Source of the DNA: an uncultured bacterium
Lineage (GTDB): Bacteria; SAR324; NAC60-12
NCBI GenBank assembly: GCA_964010765.1
Contig: CAXGMD010000060.1
Span: 1 to 21,459 of the forward strand
Length of the DNA stretch: 21,459 bases
Direction of reading: 5' to 3'
How positions within the stretch are numbered: the stretch's first letter is position 1; every line of letters begins with the position of its first letter. A program made the position numbers and the translations under genes. This document shows positions 8,973 through 16,140 of the stretch, in pieces. The notes beneath the pieces are model-generated. The model ran no database searches. It had not been told where the DNA came from and saw only the letters and a program-made list of their open reading frames with translations.

Positions 8973-10784
8973 ATGCCCAATGACGACTTTCTGGCAGTTC
9001 TTGATTTTGGAAGCCAGTACGCCCACCTGATTGCCAAGCGAATCCGGCACTTCGGGGTCTATACCGAAATCTTTCCACCCTCTATTGATACAGACCGCCT
9101 TGAGGCTGCCAAGGGCATCATCCTTTCTGGAGGACCTGCTTCTGTCTTTGCTGAGGACGTGCCTGCCTTCAATCCAGAAATCCTCAACCTCTCTCAGCCC
9201 ACTCTTGGCCTCTGCTACGGCCACCAACTGATGGCCAAACATTTCGGTGGAAGTGTAGCCAACACGGGACAGGGAGAGTTCGGCAAAGCTTCTCTGCGTC
9301 AACTGAACCCTTCTCCCCTATGGAAAGATGTTGCCGACAACTCCCAGGTCTGGATGAGCCACCAGGATAGCGTCACGGAGCTTCCACAGGGTTTCCAGGT
9401 GATCGGTGAAACCATTGCAGGGAGCCTGGCTGCTCTGCAGCACAAGGAACGTCCGCTGTTTTCCCTGCAGTTTCATCCAGAAGTCACTGACACACTGGCA
9501 GGCACTCAGATTCTCAGCAATTTCGTGGAACTCTGCAAGGCACACCCTAGCTGGAGCATGGAACGCTTCATTGAGCAGACAAAGAATGAGCTTCAACAGC
9601 AAGTTGGTGAGCACAATGTGCTGATGTTCCTCAGTGGTGGCGTGGACTCTTCGGTTGCCTTTGCTTTGTTAAACGAAGCCCTAAGCAAGGAAAGGGTGCT
9701 CGGGCTCTTTATCGATAATGGCTTTCTACGTCTGAATGAGACTGAGCAAATTCTCCAACGCTACGAACAACTAGGTTATGACAATGTGGTTGGCAGAGAC
9801 TACAGCGAGGCTTTTCTGGAAGCAATCGCCGGTGAAGTGGACCCACAACGGAAACGACACCAGGTTGGCAACGCCTTTTTGGCAGTACGGGGAAAACTAC
9901 TGGAAGAATTAAAATTGAACCCGGGTGAATGGCTGCTCGGGCAGGGCACACTCTATCCGGACATCATCGAATCTGGAGGCACCGAACACGCCAAGGTGAT
10001 CAAGTCTCATCATAACCGAGTCGATGCAATCCAGGATTTGATTGCCAAGGGTCAAGTTGTTGAGCCACTCAAAGAACTCTACAAGGATGAGGTGCGACGC
10101 GTCGGGGACCTACTGGGTCTGCCCAAAGAAATCGTCTGGCGCCATCCGTTTCCTGGGCCGGGTCTTTCAATCAACGTCCTCTGTTCCCGTGAAGATACAA
10201 TCCTGCAACCCGAACACAAGAAAACACTGGACACACTGCACCAGTATCTACCACCCACTCAGGCTTCTCTACTTCCAGTACGCAGCGTAGGTGTACAGGG
10301 AGATCAACGAACCTACACAGAGCCGGCTGTGCTGCTCGGCCCAACAGACTGGGAATGGCTTGAGAACAATTCGATTCGACTGACCAATCAAGTACGTGCG
10401 ATCAATCGGGTCGTGGCCTATCTTCCTCTTCAACCAACAGAGCAGCTACCCAACTGGCGTGCCCGCCGTGCTTTCTGCGACAAGCCTCGTCTGGACTTGC
10501 TACGTGCTGCTGAGGCTCACGTCAGTGAAACCTTCGCCAATCATGGCTGGCTGGGGCGTATCTTTCAATTGCTGGTGATCCTGTTGCCGATTTCTCAGGA
10601 TGGTCACCAAGATAGCATCGTACTACGTCCGGTCATCTCTGAAGATGTAATGACTGCGCGCTTTGCCCCTGTGGACTGGCAGGTTCTCCATGAACTGTTG
10701 CCACAACTCTACGCTCTGGATGGAATTGACTCTGTCTTCTTCGATATCACTCACAAGCCTCCTGCTACGTTTGGGTGGGAGTAG
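8973..10784 (+). CDS. guaA: GMP synthase (glutamine-hydrolysing), long form
   Basis: LDFGSQY, IILSGGP, LGLCYGHQ (catalytic Cys), QFHPEV, SGGVDS, QGTLYPDIIES, IKSHHN, RHPFPGPGL, C-terminal DITHKPPATFGWE. Confidence 0.97.
   Translation: MPNDDFLAVLDFGSQYAHLIAKRIRHFGVYTEIFPPSIDTDRLEAAKGIILSGGPASVFAEDVPAFNPEILNLSQPTLGLCYGHQLMAKHFGGSVANTGQGEFGKASLRQLNPSPLWKDVADNSQVWMSHQDSVTELPQGFQVIGETIAGSLAALQHKERPLFSLQFHPEVTDTLAGTQILSNFVELCKAHPSWSMERFIEQTKNELQQQVGEHNVLMFLSGGVDSSVAFALLNEALSKERVLGLFIDNGFLRLNETEQILQRYEQLGYDNVVGRDYSEAFLEAIAGEVDPQRKRHQVGNAFLAVRGKLLEELKLNPGEWLLGQGTLYPDIIESGGTEHAKVIKSHHNRVDAIQDLIAKGQVVEPLKELYKDEVRRVGDLLGLPKEIVWRHPFPGPGLSINVLCSREDTILQPEHKKTLDTLHQYLPPTQASLLPVRSVGVQGDQRTYTEPAVLLGPTDWEWLENNSIRLTNQVRAINRVVAYLPLQPTEQLPNWRARRAFCDKPRLDLLRAAEAHVSETFANHGWLGRIFQLLVILLPISQDGHQDSIVLRPVISEDVMTARFAPVDWQVLHELLPQLYALDGIDSVFFDITHKPPATFGWE
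10772..10783 (+). repeat. attL core TGGGTGGGAGTA
   Basis: Identical to 14829-14840; encodes G-W-E and part of the guaA stop. Confidence 0.88.
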
Positions 10785-10947
10785 TAAACCAACGCTAAAC
10801 TACTTATTTAATTAGGTTTTATAACTTTTCTAACTGTTCCACACCCAAGATCCCACCACTGATATCATTGGCTTTTTTCCTCACCAGTTGCACAGAAGCT
10901 TACACATTCCTGTGACTACTGGATCGAACGATTACCCAAAGAGGAAA

Positions 10948-12186
10948 ATGCCACTCAAACGACAGCTCAGAGCATCAGAAATTCCCATCTTTGACAACGC
11001 CTATATCCATCAGCGTGGAGACTATTGGCAATTTCGTATGTGGTTGGAGCGAGAAGGCAAGTATGCACGTAAGAGTTTACGCACACGCAGTGAGGCAACT
11101 GCTGTAGAAAGAGCGCGGCAGATGTACTTGGAAATCTTTTCTAACCAACAACAAGGTAAAACCTATTTCAGTCTTACTGTCAAAGAAGGGGTTCAGAAGT
11201 ACTTGGAAGCCAGGAACGTTGATGTAGAACTAGGACTAATAGTACGTGATAGGTACGTCACCATACGCAGTCAGCTGAAGCATTGGTTAGATTTTATTGG
11301 GAAAGACAGCAAACTGAACGAGTTGGAAAGGACAGACTGTGAAGACTATTTCCAGTATCGCAACAAAAAACTAGAGGTACTGTCAAAAATTTAACTGTGC
11401 AGCATGAGCAGAGTACTATCAATGCGTGTGTAAGGTGGCTGAATAAAAAGGGAGAGACTCATATTGAAAGTTTTGACTTTAAAAAATTACCACGCATTGA
11501 CAGAGGCAACGAAGCAATACGCAGAGCAACACTAACAAATGAAGGATATGAAAGGCTGACTCGTGCGATGCGTTCATATTGTGCAAAAAAAAAACAATAA
11601 GAACGATGAATCAGAGATACTTCTGAGAAAACTAGTCCAACACTATGTATTGATTGCTTCAAATAGTGGATTGAGAGTTGGTGAGCAAATGCAACTGAAA
11701 TGGAGTGATGTAAAGGTTGAAGCACACAAAGACAAAACAGGCTAGCCTGTCAGGCTAGCCCACATTCATGTTCGTGCTGAAACTAGTAAGGTAAGGACAA
11801 GCAGAATTTTCTTGTGTCGCAATGGGCATTATTTCGAAAGATGGAAGGAGATTGCTGGACACGCAAATAAAAACGGTCTCATCTGTAGCGTGGATGGTGA
11901 GAAGCCAATTACTAAACGCCAGCTACTCTACCATTTCAAAAAAATGGTTGAACTAGCAGGAATACCAGATTTAAATGAGCGTGATATTGTCCCATATAGT
12001 TTACGGCACTTTATGATAACACAGAGGATTATGAGTGGCCTGAGCTACAGACAAGTTGCTGATATGTACGGGACAAGCGTGGCACAGATAGAAAGGACCT
12101 ATTACCATCTCAACGATGAAATCCGCCTTACCAATGCTGTCGCTGACTTCAGGCGACGTGAGGATGGGACGATTGAAGCCATCTAG
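10948..12186 (+). pseudogene. tyrosine recombinase/phage integrase, disrupted by 2 frameshifts and 1 nonsense codon
   Basis: ORF pieces 10888-11394, 11397-11600, 11563-11745 and 11812-12186 join into ~412 aa: N-terminal arm-binding-like region (WQFR..RKSLRT), SGLRVGE, SKVR, PYSLRH, GTS..QIERTYYH. Breaks at A6 11365-11370, A10 11585-11594 and TAG 11743-11745. Confidence 0.9.
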
Positions 12187-12194
12187 CGTCTATA

Positions 12195-12212
12195 AATCGT
12201 GTTAACACGATT
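12195..12212. repeat. 18-bp perfect palindrome AATCGTGTTAACACGATT, copy 1
   Basis: Self-complementary; 8 bp after the integrase stop. Confidence 0.95.
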
Positions 12213-12379
12213 CACTCCATCTCAACCCACCACTGCCCCAGATTCTGGCAATCCCATCAAATCAACAGAAGCTGTCCTGTAGTCTGCTGGATCAGACTCG
12301 CTGTCTCTGCTTGCACTCGCTTCCCCTTACTTCTAATTCTGCGATTCATCCAAACACCAGAAACCTGAAATAAGTGATA

Positions 12380-12427
12380 TTTTGGAGGATTACCCATATG
12401 TGTGGTACCAGCATCACCCAAATTGAG
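12380..12427 (+). pseudogene. short relic of a second, related tyrosine integrase (box II region)
   Basis: Translates FWRITHMCGTSITQIE versus YRQVADMYGTSVAQIE in the upstream integrase; 7/10 identical over the last ten residues. Confidence 0.55.
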
Positions 12428-12834
12428 TGGATGTGGCAAAGCAAGCAGCTTCAGGTAAGCAGAAGCGAGCTGATGTGGATGATGCTGCTAGATTACGGCA
12501 GCAGCGACAGCAGTTGGCGGCAGTTCAACCCAGTAAGCCGTTACCTGCACAACAATGATTTCAGAATGCTGTTCTGATTTGACTACAAATTGAACGATTT
12601 GAGTGGGGAACTTACCCAGCACATCTTTTCATCCGTCCAGCACAGCAGGCTATGCTGGAATCTCTTCAACTATTGTAGGAGCACTACTAGTACAGTTTTT
12701 TTGCTGAGAATCTATAGATTATTTAAGTATCTGTTCAAGATGGATGTTCAGCGCGTCTTCCTCCTCATTCATCGAAGTTATACTGTAATTGTTCAGACAG
12801 CACAGAAACAATATTGCCCTGATTGATTATCAGA

Positions 12835-13722
12835 CTAGCGCACGTTGCCAAAATTCATTAGCGGCAGGGGGGATGGACTGTCACCGTCCATAAAATATAT
12901 TTTGGATGCTGGATCTTTGGAAATAGCCTTCAATGCTTCCAATGCTTGGAGCTTTACATAATTGGGATTACTACCAATAGCACTATTGATCTTTTCAATT
13001 TCATAAGCCTGAGCGTCTGCAAGTACCCTCTTTTTCAGAGCTTGCTCTTCTGCAGCTTCACTTTCTGCTTTTGCTAGTGCGACTTTTTGCTGTTGCTCAG
13101 TTTTAAATCGCTCTAATTCTGCTTTTTGCTTCTCAACTTCTTGTTCCCTTTCTTTCTTAGATTCAATTGCTTTTATGATAAAAGGCGGGAGTGAAATATC
13201 ACGAATCAAGACTGCTCCTACATTCACTCCTTTTGGAATTAAGTAATCTTTGAGGCCTTCCAACAATGACGTTTGCATGTTCTGCTGAGTTTCTTCTAGA
13301 AAAAAGTCTTCAGCTCTTTTGATTGTTTTTCCTTGCTCTCGCAAAAGTGATCTCAATTTTGGAACAATATGAACACGAAGAACATCAGCAGCCTGCCCAG
13401 TTTCTTGTAAGATTTTAGGTGCATTTTGACTGCTCAATTGAAATTGAACACTCACTTGAATCTTTGTTTGGAGTTGATCCTGACTTGGCACATTAGCTTC
13501 TTCTAAGTGGGATTTCTGCCTGACGTCATAAAAATACCACTCATAGAATGGATTTACAGGAATATGTAGTCCTTCCTCATACGGATCTTCCTGTACCTCT
13601 CCAAAAAGAGTAGCCACTCCAACATATCCAGCTGGCACCTTTTGATACAGAGATGATGCAAACCAAACTAAAACAAGGCCAAAAAGACCTAATACTCCAA
13701 GTGAAGTTTTTAATTTATTCAT
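12835..13722 (-). CDS. SPFH/Band 7/prohibitin family membrane protein (island cargo)
   Basis: N-terminal TM anchor, VPAGYVGVATLFG...EGLH..NPF, SQDQL, VLIRDISLP...AIESK, AE-rich coiled coil; intact and visibly AT-rich. Confidence 0.9.
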   Translation of the reverse strand: MNKLKTSLGVLGLFGLVLVWFASSLYQKVPAGYVGVATLFGEVQEDPYEEGLHIPVNPFYEWYFYDVRQKSHLEEANVPSQDQLQTKIQVSVQFQLSSQNAPKILQETGQAADVLRVHIVPKLRSLLREQGKTIKRAEDFFLEETQQNMQTSLLEGLKDYLIPKGVNVGAVLIRDISLPPFIIKAIESKKEREQEVEKQKAELERFKTEQQQKVALAKAESEAAEEQALKKRVLADAQAYEIEKINSAIGSNPNYVKLQALEALKAISKDPASKIYFMDGDSPSPLPLMNFGNVR

Positions 13723-14013
13723 AAAGCCTCAATATAAAATGATTTAAAATAATCAGCACAACAAAATTATTTTTATATTTTTTAGTCTAATTGGATAAAT
13801 CAATTAAAATATAGCTAAAATTTTACTGCTTAATTATGGTATATCAAATTATATCAATTCACAACTTAAATATATTTTTTTGTATTATAAGCATTTTAAT
13901 TTTTAAAAAAATCTAGGGAAATATTTTTCCAAAATATAGCAGGTGAGATTCAGGCATTTTTCTGAAATATGGCATGCTTGTGCCATTATCTCTATTTGCA
14001 TTGTAACTTTATA

Positions 14014-14031
14014 AATCGTGTTAACACGATT
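14014..14031. repeat. 18-bp perfect palindrome, copy 2
   Basis: Identical to copy 1; identity extends to 24 bp (TATAAATCGTGTTAACACGATTCA at 12191-12214 and 14010-14033). Confidence 0.95.
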
Positions 14032-14176
14032 CAGTCGTTAATTGACGACTCCATCTTCTCAAAACACCTGTTCAACAAATCTTTTTCTTAATCCTCAATC
14101 TCTCAACTTACCGGTTGTCCATCTCCACCTATGACAGCAAGCTTGACTGTGAACACTTGCTAATAAGGAGGCAACC

Positions 14177-14639
14177 ATGCAACTGTTGAAATCACTCAAG
14201 CTCGTCCACTACGAGCACTCAACCCACCGTAATCCACGTCTACATCGCCGTCACAAGCTGCTAACCAAGTTGGATGAACAGCTCCAGCTTGCCAGAAACA
14301 TCTCCTATCAACCCACCAAAACCCAGTTCGTCGCTGATGCTGAAGGTAATATGCAACAGGTGCAACGTGCTAAACGCATCCGTCGTTGGTGGGCTACCAA
14401 AGCTGATGGCACCGTACAACTCACCATCCGTTATGGCAGTAAGCCACTGGAACTGGCGAAGGGTAAGAATGCCGTTGAAATAGCCAGTGAGGCAGAACTG
14501 AACTGGTTGGAACACTGGAGCAGATACGTGCGCTATGGAGCAGGGTGAACTGGATGAGCTGATTGAAGCTCAGACAGCTTGGCGAAATCGTGTTAACACG
14601 ATTAAGGCTGAGAAGCCTAAAATAGAGTTTGCTGATTGA
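14177..14639 (+). pseudogene. DUF6641-like mobile-element protein, frameshifted near the C-terminus
   Basis: LKSLKLV..NP...RR.KLL.KLDEQ.QLA..KRIRRWW....G...LTIRYGSKPLELAKGKNAVEI, with the expected ..GELD..IE tail present in another frame up to TGA 14637-14639; AAGGAGG RBS. Family name is from recall, not a search. Confidence 0.7.
14586..14603. repeat. 18-bp perfect palindrome, copy 3
   Basis: Identical 18-mer lying in the reconstructed 3' end of the DUF6641-like gene (reads NRVNTI). Confidence 0.95.
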
Positions 14640-14665
14640 CTTGGAAAAAAGTCCTATCTTGCTTA

Positions 14666-14800
14666 TTACACAGCGTGTAACTTATCTCAGCTAAACTATT
14701 GATTTAATTTTATATTATTTTATGAATATTACTGAAACTCTCACCCAATTTCTTTACAAAAGTTACACGCTTTAATTTTTTCTAATCTAGATAGTTGATT
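14666..14800. promoter_or_regulatory. putative attR arm region: arm-type repeats and IHF-like sites
   Basis: Perfect 12-bp inverted repeat AGCGTGTAACTT (14672-14683) / AAGTTACACGCT (14760-14771); TAAACTATTGATT (14692-14704) matches IHF consensus YAANNNNTTGATW; near match TAGATAGTTGATT (14788-14800). Confidence 0.6.
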
Positions 14801-14828
14801 TTAAACTATAATTAATATTTGTTACTAC

Positions 14829-14840
14829 TGGGTGGGAGTA
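14829..14840 (+). repeat. attR core TGGGTGGGAGTA (displaced original guaA 3' end, GGG TGG GAG TAA)
   Basis: Identical to 10772-10783 and followed by A, giving an in-frame TAA stop. Confidence 0.88.
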
Positions 14841-14872
14841 ACATTTGACTTCCAAAATCTAGAGTCCCCAGA

Positions 14873-15502
14873 ATGCTTAATTTGGAAAATAATCATCCTA
14901 GCCGAGCCTCTATTTCATCACACACTCTCACTTCAAAGTTTCTGCATTGGAGTTTCACTCTCCTGTATGCCTATGGAATTTTGAAGCAAGTCAATGACAT
15001 TTCCCAACTGGAAGACACTACTCTGCTAGAATTTGAGGTAGTTTTCGCTATCGTCTTTCTGGCAATCGTGATTGTCCGCTACTTCTACATGAGAAGGTTT
15101 CCCACTTTGATCGGAGCTCCAGAGAATATTTCAAAAGCACATCTCTGGTTTGCGCGTTTCATTCATGTGGGCATGTACTTCAGTTTGGTGATGCTCCCAG
15201 TCTCAGGCCTGATGATCGCTTTTCTATTCTCCCTCGGTTTCAAGGATGGACTCCTGCAAGCCGCAGCAATGGGATTACATGATTTTTCTGCATCACTGAG
15301 TTACTGGCTCATTGGGATTCATATTCTGGCCGCAATTTATTCACGTTTGAAAGGAGAAAAGATTTGGCATGCAATGGTTCCATTTTGGATGGAAGACAGG
15401 ACAATCAAGATACCTGACAGCTTTGTAAAAATAGAATCATTCCTATTTCGTGCTTTAGAAAAAATTCTGAATTTAAATGGGAAAAAAGATGCGAAGGCAT
15501 GA
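14873..15502 (+). CDS. cytochrome b561 / cytochrome b-like membrane protein
   Basis: SKFLHW, FIHVGMY..LPVSG, LHD...IGIHILAA; four TM segments with heme-ligating-type histidines. Confidence 0.8.
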   Translation: MLNLENNHPSRASISSHTLTSKFLHWSFTLLYAYGILKQVNDISQLEDTTLLEFEVVFAIVFLAIVIVRYFYMRRFPTLIGAPENISKAHLWFARFIHVGMYFSLVMLPVSGLMIAFLFSLGFKDGLLQAAAMGLHDFSASLSYWLIGIHILAAIYSRLKGEKIWHAMVPFWMEDRTIKIPDSFVKIESFLFRALEKILNLNGKKDAKA

Positions 15503-15652
15503 TAGCTATCCAACACAATTCAGGATTTCACCTTTTCCTGGCTAGATCTCAGAAATCATTTTTGTTGAAGAAAACTACAGAGGGTATATTTAGTGGATTA
15601 TCCGATTCTGAGTGTCTGAACTACGACGGATAAATTCTGTCTTTAGAGGTTT

Positions 15653-15868
15653 ATGTTCTTTGCTGTATTTACCCAAAAGCAACCCGATATCCCATTGCGC
15701 GTCTACGAAACCTTTGACGCTGCTAGTTCTGTTCTCACCAAACTGAAAAACGCTGGCAAGAGCGCGTGGGTTACTGAATTAGACCTGCATCTCCTGAGTC
15801 ACTATACCAATACAATTTACACGGAACTACGGGAAATCTTCGACTACGCCAGGTTTGAGAAATTCTGA
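15653..15868 (+). CDS. small hypothetical protein
   Basis: 71 aa, GAGGT RBS immediately upstream, protein-like composition. Confidence 0.5.
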   Translation: MFFAVFTQKQPDIPLRVYETFDAASSVLTKLKNAGKSAWVTELDLHLLSHYTNTIYTELREIFDYARFEKF

Positions 15869-15923
15869 CCAAACACACACCACCGATTGAACTCTATTCT
15901 TGGTCCAACTGAACGCTCGTCTG

Positions 15924-15941
15924 AATCGCTATAACACGATT
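15924..15941. repeat. degenerate copy of the 18-bp palindrome (AATCGctaTAACACGATT)
   Basis: 15/18 identity; flanking G/C extend the symmetry. Confidence 0.55.
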
Positions 15942-16140
15942 CGAATTCAGTAAGCGCGGCCGTTCGTCGCATCTGGTTATCGCTCATGTCGATATAGTGC
16001 TGGCTTGTCTCAACACGAATACGCACTACCACCTACCACCTCAACTAGTCATCACGCCGAGGTCTCCCTCATCTTAGTTTGGCTGACTACCTTCATCTTT
16101 CGCTTTAACTGTCTACTCTGGCTAGGCAACCTCGACACAA

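Larger units (their letters stand above)
10772..14840. mobile_element. small integrative element/genomic islet inserted at the 3' end of guaA
   Basis: Bounded by identical 12-bp direct repeats equal to the last codons of guaA; integrase adjacent to the left repeat; AT-rich interior. guaA 3' ends are an established target of tyrosine-integrase islands. Confidence 0.88.

Noticed and set aside
244..10578. Numerous short overlapping/antisense ORFs in the track (e.g. 244-453, 2740-3189, 7738-8163, 8919-9302)
   Set aside because: Shadows of well-supported genes, with no motifs or RBS evidence.
11365..11594. Programmed ribosomal frameshifting yielding active integrase
   Set aside because: It would need two opposite shifts plus amber read-through; decay or sequencing error is simpler.
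10852..12235. 10-bp direct repeat CCCACCACTG flanking the integrase (10852-10861, 12226-12235)
   Set aside because: Too short to exclude chance and no associated structure; its resemblance to the reverse att core may be coincidental.
12257..12826. ORFs 12257-12439, 12374-12577 and 12590-12826 as functional genes
   Set aside because: No family signal as whole ORFs; better explained as debris (the integrase-like relic is reported separately).
13969..13986. ATGGCA-N6-TGCCAT as a sigma54 promoter for the SPFH gene
   Set aside because: GG-to-GC spacing is 9 nt on both strands rather than the required 10; it may be an operator but is unsupported.
12195..14603. Palindromes as CRISPR repeats or integron attC sites
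   Set aside because: Spacing is irregular (~1.8 kb and ~0.57 kb) and there are no cas genes. The motif lacks the RYYYAAC...GTTRRRY ends and long imperfect stem of attC, and the integrase does not resemble IntI.
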